A DNA stretch of 64,000 nucleotides from a virus (IMGVR_UViG_3300035670_000056:1-64000), one strand, 5' to 3'. Shown: positions 8,403 through 17,421, numbered from the stretch's first letter. The notes: generated from the letters alone by a model not told the origin. Program-made: numbers and translations.

Positions 8403-9042
8403 AAGACCACTAAAATTAATTCATAATGAAGATCACCGAGTGTATTTCACCAGTGATACTCATTTTAACCACGACAAGGTTTTTATCTACGAATCCCGTG
8501 GATATAAGAACCGTTATGAACACGATGATGCTTTGATTGCAAAGATCAATGAAGTGGTGCGTCCAGAAGATACACTAATTCATCTAGGTGATTTTTGTCT
8601 TAATATTACCCCGCCTGAGTTCAATGAAATTCTGGCTAGAATCAATTGTCGTAATATTGCTTATATTTGGGGTAATCATAACAGCTGTATTCGTAAGAAT
8701 TATGAAGACGTAGTTGCACTTGAGTATCAGCGTAAGGATATTGAAGTATACCCATATGCAGTTGGTAAGCTTACTTATCTGGGTTATTACAAGGAAGTGA
8801 TTGTGAATGGTCAAATGATTGTTCTACATCACTATCCTCACCAAATCTTTAATCAAATGCAAAAAGGTGCTTGGCAATTGAGTGGTCACAGCCACTACAC
8901 CAATCCAACCACTCAACTTGATAGTACAGACAATAAAATTCTGGATGTAGGTTGGGATGGTCACGGTAAGCCGCTGTCATTCCCAGAAATTCAGAAGATT
9001 ATGATGAATAAGAGTCACGTTAAGCAAGATAAACATCATTAA
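8395..9042 (+). CDS. Calcineurin-like metallophosphoesterase (candidate 2',3'/3'-phosphatase partner of the kinase)
   Basis: FTSDTHFNH, HLGDFC (GDxx) and WGNHN motifs; overlaps the kinase gene by 8 nt. Confidence 0.6.
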   Translation: MFERPLKLIHNEDHRVYFTSDTHFNHDKVFIYESRGYKNRYEHDDALIAKINEVVRPEDTLIHLGDFCLNITPPEFNEILARINCRNIAYIWGNHNSCIRKNYEDVVALEYQRKDIEVYPYAVGKLTYLGYYKEVIVNGQMIVLHHYPHQIFNQMQKGAWQLSGHSHYTNPTTQLDSTDNKILDVGWDGHGKPLSFPEIQKIMMNKSHVKQDKHH

Positions 9043-9049
9043 GTATACA

Positions 9050-9085
9050 AATCCCCTCCGTAAAAAGAGGGGATTTTTGTTTTGA
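9050..9085 (+). terminator. Rho-independent terminator
   Basis: ATCCCCTCcgtaaaaaGAGGGGAT followed by TTTTTGTTTTG. Confidence 0.7.
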
Positions 9086-9111
9086 CTTGTTATAAAACCC
9101 GTGGTAGATTG
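9082..9111 (+). promoter_or_regulatory. Sigma70-like promoter (TTGACTTGTTATAAAACCCGTGGTAGATT)
   Basis: -35 at 9082-9087, -10 at 9106-9111, ATG at 9120. The terminator's T-run overlaps the -35 box. Confidence 0.55.
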
Positions 9112-9119
9112 AGTTTGTT

Positions 9120-9596
9120 ATGTCAAAACCATACATTCACGCTCAAAGTTCAGTTCGTAAGTTCGGCGGTAAGCCAGAAGACTACGAACCAATTCATGCT
9201 TTTATGGATTGTAGTAAGGGTGCCATTGCAGATAACCGACATCGTGCTCTAACACACAATAGTTGGTTTCTTAGTAATATTCTGGAACGAGTAAAGTTTG
9301 CCAATAGTGGACCTGAAACTAGTGATCATCGTTTTCCTACTATTATTAATAGTGATGGACGCAGTGTAAGTGTGCGGGATATTGGTGAACAACACTGCCT
9401 GGAAGACTTTGCTAATAAGTTTATTCCTTCAGCCCAAGACTATTTGGCTGAAATGGAGTTCAAGAGTTGGATGCAGAATGGCATTTCACATCCTCCCAGC
9501 TTTGTGAAGATTGATGAAGGTCGTAAATCCCGTGCTAAAAATGGTTTGACTTCTAAAACTTTCGGTGGTAGTATTAAAAATGTAATCGGAGACTAA
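9120..9596 (+). CDS. Hypothetical protein (158 aa)
   Basis: ORF track plus promoter. Confidence 0.45.
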   Translation: MSKPYIHAQSSVRKFGGKPEDYEPIHAFMDCSKGAIADNRHRALTHNSWFLSNILERVKFANSGPETSDHRFPTIINSDGRSVSVRDIGEQHCLEDFANKFIPSAQDYLAEMEFKSWMQNGISHPPSFVKIDEGRKSRAKNGLTSKTFGGSIKNVIGD

Positions 9597-9609
9597 TAAA
9601 ACAAAACAT

Positions 9610-9996
9610 ATGAAGGAATCACTTAAGAAAATTGAAGAGCTAAAGAATCAACTCAACACAGTTAAGTCAGAACTCCAGAAGGAGTTTAAGGCTGAACTAA
9701 AGAAGATCTTTGTTGCTAATCCTACGCTGGATAGCATTGAGATGTATCTTAATAACCACGAATTTAATGACGGTGACGCAACCTCATTCTATATTGGATA
9801 CGAAGATATGAATCTTATGATTGATGGTGAAGAAGTTGAACGTGAATGGGATAATGCAACTAAGGAATATAAGCCAAATCCCTTGCTTGAATCACTAATT
9901 GAACTATTTGGTGATACTCAGTGTATCCACGAAGACCTATATGGTGACGAATGGGAACATCTGTCTATTACCCGTGAAGACGTTCTAAAGTATTAA
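9610..9996 (+). CDS. Hypothetical protein with N-terminal coiled coil (128 aa)
   Basis: ORF track. Confidence 0.45.
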   Translation: MKESLKKIEELKNQLNTVKSELQKEFKAELKKIFVANPTLDSIEMYLNNHEFNDGDATSFYIGYEDMNLMIDGEEVEREWDNATKEYKPNPLLESLIELFGDTQCIHEDLYGDEWEHLSITREDVLKY

Positions 9997-9999
9997 TAT

Positions 10000-10389
10000 A
10001 TGAGTACATATCGTAGAGCAACATTACAGGATCTAGCCAAGATTGGTTACGTTCCTAATACACAAAAGTATAGTATACACATTGCATTTGCCAAGAAGTA
10101 TTATCCTCCTGAGGCAACCACAATGGTTATGGTAGTTCATAGCGAATACAACGATTGTACCTATGATAATAGTTTTCAGTATATCATTGTATATGACAAG
10201 GATGGTAATGAACTTCCTCCATTGAAGAAGACCGCCAAGGAATGTCGTGAACATTGGACTACCGAGTATCTGACTATTCCTAACACACACCACGGTCATT
10301 ATGGTGGAGCTGAATCAGACCAACCTTTGGATGATGTAGTTATTCCATTGACTGTGGATATTCCAGAACTTTATATCAAGGAAAATTAA
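10000..10389 (+). CDS. Hypothetical protein (129 aa)
   Basis: ORF track. Confidence 0.45.
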   Translation: MSTYRRATLQDLAKIGYVPNTQKYSIHIAFAKKYYPPEATTMVMVVHSEYNDCTYDNSFQYIIVYDKDGNELPPLKKTAKECREHWTTEYLTIPNTHHGHYGGAESDQPLDDVVIPLTVDIPELYIKEN

Positions 10390-10392
10390 TAT

Positions 10393-10629
10393 ATGTTTAG
10401 TAATAAAAATATTGTAAAGTATTGTGCAAAGTATTTTGTTCTTTTGACGGTGGGTGCTTACGTTTTTAACACATCCGTAATATTCATTAATCAAAAGAGT
10501 GACGTTGCAAATCTTATCGGGTCCGCACTTTTTGCTGGACTTTTTATCGGGTCGCTGTTAATCTTAAAGAGTGATGTGACCAAGTTGGTCAAGAAACTAG
10601 AAGAAAATAAAAACAAAGAAAATGAATAA
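10393..10629 (+). CDS. Small membrane protein (two hydrophobic helices)
   Basis: YFVLLTVGAYVF and IGSALFAGLFIGSLLIL segments. Confidence 0.4.
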   Translation: MFSNKNIVKYCAKYFVLLTVGAYVFNTSVIFINQKSDVANLIGSALFAGLFIGSLLILKSDVTKLVKKLEENKNKENE

Positions 10630-11527
10630 GAAGATCGTTAGTGTAATCGCCGGTATCGTCGCCATTGCATCCTTTACTGGTTGTGATAGGGTTGAGCCTG
10701 GTTATGTTGGTATCAAGGTGAACCAATGGGGTAGCCAGAAGGGAGTCAATGACTTTCCGTTGGTTACTGGTGGTGTATTCTATAATCCTCTCACTGAGGA
10801 TATCTATAAGTTCCCCACATTTATGCAGAATGCTGTGTGGGATCGTGAACGTGGTAGCAAGGAAAGTCCTGGCGATGACAGTGTGACCTTCAACAGCATC
10901 GAAGGTGCTGTGGTTAATGCAGATATTGCTCTGGCTTACACGTTCGTAGCTGAGAAGGTTCCTCAGATCTTTGTGGAGTTTCGTCAGTCACCAGAGATTA
11001 TTACCCACGGATTTATGAGGAACGAGGTGAATAACGCATTCAATCGTGTTGCTAGTACTATGAAGGCTAGTGATATCTTTGGTGAGAGGAAGCAGTACCT
11101 TCTTGATAATGTTAAGAGCAATCTCAACGTCCAACTTGGACCCAAGGGATTTAGGTTTGAGTTGATCAGCTTCCACGGTGGTCTTCGTGTTGATCAGAGT
11201 GTTCAGACTCGTATCAATGCTGTACTAGAGGCGAGTCAGAAGGCTATTGAGGCTGAAACCAAGGTGCGTCAAAGTAAGGCTGAGGCGGATCAGGTGATTG
11301 AGAAGGCTCGTGGTGAGAAGGAAAGTAACATTGCCAAGGCAGAGGGTGAGGCTCGGAGTATTGCTCTTAAGGCAGAGGCTCAGTCCAAGGCTAACTTGGT
11401 GTTGGCTCAGTCTCTAACTCCGGCACTAGTTCAGTATGAAGCGCTTCAGAGGTGGGATGGTAAGTTGCCGGTATATAATGGCGGAGGAGTGGTTCCGTTC
11501 ATTAATGTTGGAAATACCAACCGATAA
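10622..11527 (+). CDS. SPFH/band-7 (prohibitin/stomatin-like) lipoprotein
   Basis: Lipobox FTGC. The 301 aa carry a band-7 core and a C-terminal Ala/Glu/Lys-rich coiled coil (AEAEAQSKA) typical of SPFH proteins. Confidence 0.55.
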   Translation: MNKKIVSVIAGIVAIASFTGCDRVEPGYVGIKVNQWGSQKGVNDFPLVTGGVFYNPLTEDIYKFPTFMQNAVWDRERGSKESPGDDSVTFNSIEGAVVNADIALAYTFVAEKVPQIFVEFRQSPEIITHGFMRNEVNNAFNRVASTMKASDIFGERKQYLLDNVKSNLNVQLGPKGFRFELISFHGGLRVDQSVQTRINAVLEASQKAIEAETKVRQSKAEADQVIEKARGEKESNIAKAEGEARSIALKAEAQSKANLVLAQSLTPALVQYEALQRWDGKLPVYNGGGVVPFINVGNTNR

Positions 11528-11546
11528 GTGGTAGGATAAGTGGAGA

Positions 11547-11580
11547 AACCCGCTAGAGAAATCTGGCGGGTTTTTTGTTG
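11547..11580 (+). terminator. Rho-independent terminator
   Basis: CCCGCTAGAgaaaTCTGGCGGG followed by TTTTTTGTTG. Confidence 0.7.
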
Positions 11581-11606
11581 ACTTTGTTTAAACTACGTGG
11601 TAGAGT
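11578..11606 (+). promoter_or_regulatory. Sigma70-like promoter (TTGACT-17-GTGGTAGAGT)
   Basis: -35 at 11578-11583, -10 at 11601-11606. An AAGGAG lies just before the ATG at 11616. Confidence 0.5.
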
Positions 11607-11615
11607 TAAGGAGTA

Positions 11616-11933
11616 ATGAATATCGTAGATTACATTGTAAAGAATTGGGACACTCTTCCTAAGAGCAAGTTTGATGATGACCATATCGTAATTTTCAAGG
11701 AAATTGAGAATTGGGATGGTGGTTATGGTCACCACTCTTATGAGGGGATTGGTGTTGACAAGGATGGTAACGTCACTTGGTGTTACAGCTCTGGTTGTAG
11801 CTGTAGTGGTGGACCCTCGCTTGATACCAAGAAGGACTTGAAGGTGTTTGTTGTAAATGATGGAATTGATTTGAATGTAGATCCGTCTACTATTAATTTC
11901 AAGTCACTTGAGGTTGAGTTTACCAGTTATTAA
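11616..11933 (+). CDS. Hypothetical protein (105 aa)
   Basis: ORF track. Confidence 0.45.
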   Translation: MNIVDYIVKNWDTLPKSKFDDDHIVIFKEIENWDGGYGHHSYEGIGVDKDGNVTWCYSSGCSCSGGPSLDTKKDLKVFVVNDGIDLNVDPSTINFKSLEVEFTSY

Positions 11934-11991
11934 TTTAGAAAAATAAGATAGCAAGTTGTAATTAACAATATTCATTTTCATACTTATTAGT

Positions 11992-12723
11992 ATGAAGAAA
12001 TGGATTATATATAAAACAACTTGTACAGTCAATAATAAAATATACATAGGTCAACATAAAACTGATAACATTGATGATGGATACATTGGTAGTGGAAAAC
12101 TAATTACCAGTGCAATTAAAAAATATGGAAAAAATAGTTTTAACCGAGAAATATTAGAAGAATGTTTTACATTTAACGACGCTAGAGAAAAAGAAGAATT
12201 TTATATTAAAAAATTTAATTCTACAAATAGAGACATAGGTTATAATATAACTCCATATGCATGGGGAGGTCAACCTATGACAGCTGAAACAAGATTAAAA
12301 ATAAGTCAACTAAATAAAGGAAAAACTCGTTCGATTGAAACGAGAGAAAAAATGAGAAAAGCTAAAACAGGTACCACTTGGTCAGTACAACATAAATTAA
12401 ATCAAATTAAATCTAAAATCGGTAAAAAATGGTATCATAATCCCATAACACTAGAATCTAAAAAATTCAAAGATGATGAGGGTATACCAAATGGATGGTT
12501 GTTTGGTAGAGGCAATACTCAAAAAATAGGACCTGAAAGGAAAAAACAATCTTTTTCTAAAGATGCACTTGAAAACATCAGAAATGCAAATCTAAATCCG
12601 GAAAAAAGAAGAAAAACATCTTGTACTTTGAAGGGACATAGTGTATCGTTAGAGACGAGAGAAAAAATAAAAAATAGTTTAAAAAAATTTTATGAGAAAA
12701 CTAGCGTCAATCAAAAAAATTGA
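11992..12723 (+). CDS. GIY-YIG homing endonuclease
   Basis: KIYIGQH...GYIGSGK GIY-YIG motif and basic K/R-rich C-terminal DNA-binding tail. Free-standing between a hypothetical gene and the ligase gene. Confidence 0.7.
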   Translation: MKKWIIYKTTCTVNNKIYIGQHKTDNIDDGYIGSGKLITSAIKKYGKNSFNREILEECFTFNDAREKEEFYIKKFNSTNRDIGYNITPYAWGGQPMTAETRLKISQLNKGKTRSIETREKMRKAKTGTTWSVQHKLNQIKSKIGKKWYHNPITLESKKFKDDEGIPNGWLFGRGNTQKIGPERKKQSFSKDALENIRNANLNPEKRRKTSCTLKGHSVSLETREKIKNSLKKFYEKTSVNQKN

Positions 12724-13702
12724 AGAAATCAAGTTAATTGAAGGAGCAGATAAAATTTGCGCATATCGTGTGGGGGGTTGGTGGGTAGTAGATTCTGTGA
12801 CTAAATACAAGGTGGGTGATTTGGCTGTTTATTACGAAATTGACAGCTTTTTGCCGATCCGCCCTCAATTTGAATTTCTACGCAAGAGTAGCTTCAAGCG
12901 TATGGGTTCTAGTGAGGGATTTCGTCTCAAGACCATTAGGTTGCGTGGACAAATTAGTCAAGGTCTATTGACTCCAATTCCAGAGGGTATTAGTAATCCA
13001 AAGGAAGGTGATGATTTGACTGAGGCTCTTGATATTGTCAAGTATGAACCTCCTATTCCCGCTCAATTGGCTGGAAAGATCAAGGGAACATTTCCTAGCT
13101 TTATTCCAAAGACTGAGGAAATTCGTATTCAGAACTTTGAGAGTGAAGTTGGATTTAGTCCAGTTGGTGAACGTGCTTATGTAACTGAAAAGTTGGATGG
13201 TACTAGTTTCACTTGTTACTTCAAGGATGGAGTATTTGGGGTTTGTGGCCGTAATTGGGAGTTGTCTGAAACTGATGACAATAGTCTATGGCGTATGGCC
13301 AAGGTGCTTGAATTGAAGGACAAGATGACTAAACACGGCAAGAATATTGCTTTGCAGGGAGAACTAATTGGTGCTGGTATCAATGGTAATTTGTATGGAA
13401 TGAGTGACCACAAGTTGTTCTTCTTTACTGGTTATGACATTGATAAGGGTCGCCGTATGTTCTTTGATGAACTTGAGTGGGTATTGTTTGGTTTGCAATT
13501 GCAGATGGTGCCTGTACTTGAGAAGTATGGGTTTGTGATTCCAAATGAAAACAATATTGTTGACTATATGTTGAAGTATGCTGAAGGTAAGAGTGTATTG
13601 AATATGGAAGTTGATAGGGAAGGTGTGGTTGTACGTGGTCTTGAGAAGGAGTTTAGTTTCAAGGCTATTAGCAATACGTATCTTCTAGGAAGCAAGGACT
13701 GA
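12692..13702 (+). CDS. ATP-dependent nucleic-acid ligase (RNA ligase-like) with an N-terminal extension
   Basis: Motif I TEKLDGTSF (KxDG) around aa 178 and motif IV-like REGVVVRG...FKAIS. Overlaps the 3' end of the GIY-YIG gene by 32 nt. Confidence 0.5.
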   Translation: MRKLASIKKIEEIKLIEGADKICAYRVGGWWVVDSVTKYKVGDLAVYYEIDSFLPIRPQFEFLRKSSFKRMGSSEGFRLKTIRLRGQISQGLLTPIPEGISNPKEGDDLTEALDIVKYEPPIPAQLAGKIKGTFPSFIPKTEEIRIQNFESEVGFSPVGERAYVTEKLDGTSFTCYFKDGVFGVCGRNWELSETDDNSLWRMAKVLELKDKMTKHGKNIALQGELIGAGINGNLYGMSDHKLFFFTGYDIDKGRRMFFDELEWVLFGLQLQMVPVLEKYGFVIPNENNIVDYMLKYAEGKSVLNMEVDREGVVVRGLEKEFSFKAISNTYLLGSKD

Positions 13703-13706
13703 TTAA

Positions 13707-13741
13707 AAGGGAGGTATGTAACAGTACTTCCCTTATTTTTA
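13707..13741 (+). terminator. Rho-independent terminator
   Basis: GGGAGGTAtgtaacaGTACTTCCC followed by TTATTTTT. Confidence 0.55.
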
Positions 13742-13977
13742 TGAAAAAGTATAGTATCAAGACAAATGATATTGGTATGTGTATGAGTGTAGGTTGTGAT
13801 TTTTATCAGACTTGCACCAATAACAGTGTAAATATGTTTTACAAGACCAAACGAAAGTTTGAACCAGTGATTGACCAATCAATTTGTTTGAGTTATAGTA
13901 GTGGAAAGAATAGTAAAGACTACCCAGACAACTGTTATCCTAATGTATTGAAGAAGATTTATGAATCTGGATATTAA
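13741..13977 (+). CDS. Small cysteine-rich protein (78 aa)
   Basis: ORF track; CMSVGCDFYQTC, CL, CYP cysteines. Confidence 0.35.
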   Translation: MKKYSIKTNDIGMCMSVGCDFYQTCTNNSVNMFYKTKRKFEPVIDQSICLSYSSGKNSKDYPDNCYPNVLKKIYESGY

Positions 13978-14686
13978 ATTTGTGGAACTACCACAAGAAC
14001 CATATAAAGTTCCAATGAAACTAGAAAAGACCACGTTAAATTTGTTTTTAAAGCATTTACCCACATCAAGTGTGTTGGAATACTTGATTGAGTTATTGCC
14101 TAAGTGTACTGAAAATGGACCTTGGATTGCTGGTGGTTGTTTACATAGAACCTATCGTAAGTTACCATTAACAAATGCTGACGTAGATGTGTTCTTTAAA
14201 AACAAAGAACAATTTGAAAAGTTTGTATATGATCTGAGTGTAAGCAGTGTTACTGCGGGATATATAAAAATTGAATCTACCATATACAGTGAGTGGCATT
14301 GTACACTTACAATTAAGTATATGGATGTTGATTGGAAGATTCAGTGCGTAACATTCAAGTATTTTGATAACATTGAAGAACTATTTAAGTCATTTGATAT
14401 CAATGTATGTCGCATTGCTTATGATGGTACCAATGTAGTTTATGAAAATGGCATTTTAGATGATATCAAGACTAATAAATTGAAGTTTAATGAAGGTAGT
14501 ATTTACTATCCTAGTGTAACTTTAAAGAGGTTGGTTAAGTATATTAAGATGGGATATGACGTTGAAGATGTGGATCTTAAATTGTTGACCCACGCTTTTT
14601 ATAAGTCTAAGAAAAAAGCAATTGACATTCTTGACCAAGACTTGGCTACAAAAAAACCAATTGAAACTTATAAAGGCTTAAAATAA
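13961..14686 (+). CDS. Hypothetical protein; possible minimal pol-beta-type nucleotidyltransferase
   Basis: AGGCLHRTYRKLPLTNADVDVFF approximates G[GS]-x(9-14)-DhDh. This is a weak, motif-only call. Confidence 0.35.
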   Translation: MNLDIKFVELPQEPYKVPMKLEKTTLNLFLKHLPTSSVLEYLIELLPKCTENGPWIAGGCLHRTYRKLPLTNADVDVFFKNKEQFEKFVYDLSVSSVTAGYIKIESTIYSEWHCTLTIKYMDVDWKIQCVTFKYFDNIEELFKSFDINVCRIAYDGTNVVYENGILDDIKTNKLKFNEGSIYYPSVTLKRLVKYIKMGYDVEDVDLKLLTHAFYKSKKKAIDILDQDLATKKPIETYKGLK

Positions 14687-14692
14687 GCTGTT

Positions 14693-14720
14693 GACATTTT
14701 GAAAAAAGGTGGTAGATTGG
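14693..14720 (+). promoter_or_regulatory. Sigma70-like promoter (TTGACA-16-GGTGGTAGATT) embedded in the terminator hairpin
   Basis: -35 at 14693-14698, -10 at 14715-20, ATG at 14731. Confidence 0.45.
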
Positions 14721-14757
14721 TACTTGTGATGAGCACCAAATCTACCACCTTTTTTAG
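14704..14757. terminator. Strong bidirectional hairpin terminator
   Basis: AAAAAAGGTGGTAGATTgg...ccAAATCTACCACCTTTTTT. Confidence 0.65.
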
Positions 14758-15577
14758 CAATCAAATCAAAAATGGACTTCTCAAGCTTGAGAAGAAAAAC
14801 AAGTCTGAGTCTCACCTTTCTAGGGTTGACCACTTGGTTGCATCGTTGACTGACATTGGCATCAACAAGCTTCCTCAATTTGACAGTGTGGATGAATTCC
14901 TCAAGGAAGTGAATGATGTTAATAGTGATGCACATAAAATTGACAATGTGCTTGCGTTGCCTGAAAACATCAAGCATCAAACTGGTCGTGGTGAGTTGTC
15001 TATGTTTTTGATGCTTGGTGATTCACGCAAGAGCAATATCAAACGTGGTGAAACTGGTGATGTAACACTTAATAACAAGTCGTATGAATTGAAGAAGGAA
15101 AGTGGCATTATTGATTTTGCTATCAAAACGAGGGGTGAAGTCACTGATCGTTACAATGAACTTGTTATGATTCGTTCGTTTTGTGATAAGATTTTGAATG
15201 CCTATTTTGTTGACAGTAACGTTACCAAATATTTCAATCAATATTTTCGTAAGAAGATCACTGAGTTTTCCAGTGCTGATTTTGAATTGTTTGATAATTT
15301 GTTGGTTATGATCAAATCTGATACTGATATTCGTAACAAGATTACTGGTACTATTTTGATTGATGTTATCAATAACTTTTCAGCTTACGAATGGCGTAAG
15401 AAAGTTGCGCAACTGATTGTTAAAAGTTATAGTGGTGGTGTTATTGTGTATCGTAAGAGCAAGAAGGGTAATCGTAAAGTAAAGCGAGTGGATAGCAAGT
15501 ATGAATTGCTTGATGCTAAGAATGTTATTGTGCAGAATCTTACACTGGGTAATATTCAGTTAAAGATTATTAATTAA
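14731..15577 (+). CDS. Hypothetical protein; possible PD-(D/E)xK-type nuclease fold
   Basis: Spacing of ...GELSMFLMLGD...(22 aa)...YELKK is compatible with an E...D...ExK motif. Start taken at the Met 10 nt after the -10 hexamer (the track ORF starts at 14699). Confidence 0.35.
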
Positions 15578-16277
15578 ATTCTATTATTGTTTCTTTATCT
15601 GATTTGAGTTTGGGATATTCTATAATGGGATAATTCAAACTTTTAATCAGATTTTTCTTTTCCACTTTGCTTCCCAGTGGATAGATATATCTTTCTTTAA
15701 CTGACAATTCTTTGATTTTAAATGGTCTAGGTAATACTTCTATTAATTTGTTATAGTTAAACGTACCATATTTGTTAAATAGTGTACGTGAATGTTGCCA
15801 TTTAACACCACCATCAAAACTAACAATATAACCACTGGTACCTTTGGGTCTTTCAATATTTTGATACAGCCAATTAGTAGCTTGATATATGGTACCAATG
15901 TGTCCAGCATCAGGATCCGCATAACTGATCAAACATTTTATTTCAGGATGATTGAGTTTGATATATTTCAAACATTGACCAATAACCCAACTTTCAGTAT
16001 TTTTACCCAAATCATCTTCTACCCACAATCGTTTCAACTCCCATAAATTGGAATGATTTAGTAAAGGTGATACACTTCTAGCCACATTAGCACCAGCAGT
16101 TGGTCCAAATACAACCGCCCCAACCAGCTTAGGCGCTTCAAAAAATACACTACCTTTGCTTTTGTCGAAGATTCCTATACACAACTCAGCTATGGTCCAT
16201 TTGTGTGTATAATGATGTTTAACAATCAATTCTTTGGCAGTCAAATTGTTTACTTTTTCAACATAAAGATTTTCCAT
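15570..16277 (-). CDS. Hypothetical protein (235 aa); possible Mom-like/GNAT-fold modification enzyme
   Basis: Motifs VKHHYTHKW, VVFGPTAGANVARS and YADPDAGHIGTIYQATNW. The Mom assignment rests on my unverified recollection of the Mu Mom family. Confidence 0.4.
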   Translation of the reverse strand: MENLYVEKVNNLTAKELIVKHHYTHKWTIAELCIGIFDKSKGSVFFEAPKLVGAVVFGPTAGANVARSVSPLLNHSNLWELKRLWVEDDLGKNTESWVIGQCLKYIKLNHPEIKCLISYADPDAGHIGTIYQATNWLYQNIERPKGTSGYIVSFDGGVKWQHSRTLFNKYGTFNYNKLIEVLPRPFKIKELSVKERYIYPLGSKVEKKNLIKSLNYPIIEYPKLKSDKETIIEFN

Positions 16278-16283
16278 AAATAT

Positions 16284-16312
16284 ATCATATCATACCCACC
16301 TCGAAATTTCAA
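16284..16312 (-). promoter_or_regulatory. Sigma70-like promoter on the minus strand (TTGAAA-17-TATGAT) for 15570..16277
   Basis: Reverse complement reads TTGAAAtttcgaggtgggtatgaTATGATatatttATG; ATG 6 nt after the -10 hexamer. Confidence 0.45.
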
Positions 16313-16328
16313 AATATAAAAAAGGTTG

Positions 16329-16357
16329 TTGACTTTTTATAAAGTCGCTGGTATTAT
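16329..16357 (+). promoter_or_regulatory. Sigma70-like promoter (TTGACTTTTTATAAAGTCGCTGGTATTAT)
   Basis: -35 at 16329-16334, -10 at 16352-16357. Divergent from the minus-strand promoter 20 nt away. Confidence 0.55.
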
Positions 16358-16367
16358 GAATTTAGTA

Positions 16368-16760
16368 ATGAACAGTAAGATTTTGAAGCGTACCATTGAC
16401 ATTGCCAAAGCTATGTGTCCGCTTAACCTAGAGCATAGGTGTAGTCATATAGCTTTTTTGATTAAGTGTGGAAAGATTGTACATATTGGTACAAATAGCT
16501 GTAAGAGTCATCCTGAGACACTTAAATACGATTATAAGAACCATCAACTGGTTGGTTTGCACGCTGAGTTGAGTGTGTGTATGAAGAGTGGCAAGGAGGA
16601 TCTTAGGGATTTTAAAATGGTTGTTCTTAGGGTGGATCGAACTGGCAAGTTGAACAACAGCAAGCCGTGTTGTGGTTGTCAAAGTGTGATCAAGCAATTT
16701 AATGTGGGTGAAGTGTGGTATAGCGATTCTAATGGAGATGTAATTAAAAATGAAAATTGA
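16368..16760 (+). CDS. Zinc-dependent CDA-fold deaminase-like protein
   Basis: HAELSVC (HAE) and PCCGCQ (PCxxC) motifs. Start taken at the Met after the promoter (the track ORF starts at 16326, inside the promoter). Confidence 0.5.
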   Translation: MNSKILKRTIDIAKAMCPLNLEHRCSHIAFLIKCGKIVHIGTNSCKSHPETLKYDYKNHQLVGLHAELSVCMKSGKEDLRDFKMVVLRVDRTGKLNNSKPCCGCQSVIKQFNVGEVWYSDSNGDVIKNEN

Positions 16761-17271
16761 ATTCAAATCTGAGGTTTATAGTCTGGGAGAAATTTCTCTT
16801 AAAGAACTGAAACGATACAAGATGATTAATGACTATGTTTACAATCAAGTTAGAGTTGGCGGATGTGGGGAATTGATTGAACGAATCATATTGGATTATT
16901 TGACCACCAAAAGCGGTTATACCAATATCAAAAAGAGTCCAGCAAACAGCAAGTGGGATTTTGAATTAACAGATGATCCCACCGTTCGTGTAGACGTTCG
17001 TCGTGTATCTCCGACAAATACAATTTATCTTGGACATACATCAGGCAATCTTAAAAAATTGATTTGGGAAGACAAAGCCGAAGTTCTCAACAACGGTGGG
17101 TATTTTTGTATCAAGCTGTGTGAGGATAAAATGGTGTTGTTTTATATTTCAGCAAAAAGTTTGCTCAATTATGTGTATGAACATCCTAATTTCGAGTTAA
17201 AAAACGAAGTACCTGTAAAAATTCTCAACGAAAAATTTTGGAAGACGCTCAACGTTCCGCTTGACAATTAA
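16750..17271 (+). CDS. Hypothetical protein (173 aa)
   Basis: ORF track; 11-nt overlap with the deaminase gene. Confidence 0.45.
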   Translation: MKIEFKSEVYSLGEISLKELKRYKMINDYVYNQVRVGGCGELIERIILDYLTTKSGYTNIKKSPANSKWDFELTDDPTVRVDVRRVSPTNTIYLGHTSGNLKKLIWEDKAEVLNNGGYFCIKLCEDKMVLFYISAKSLLNYVYEHPNFELKNEVPVKILNEKFWKTLNVPLDN

Positions 17272-17421
17272 AGAAACCAATGTTAAGATGATTTTGTTGT
17301 GAGGAACTGGTTCACAACTCTTAATTTAAATCCAAAAAGCACTTACGCTGTCTGTGATAAAAATTATTAATTAGACAATTATGTCATAACCCAAATCCAG
17401 TAATAAAAGGAAAATAATAAT

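Noticed and set aside
14699-14731. ORF-track start at 14699 (MKKGGRLVLVMSTK...)
   Set aside because: The first 11 codons span the terminator hairpin and the promoter -10 element. The Met at 14731, positioned after the promoter, is the more plausible start.
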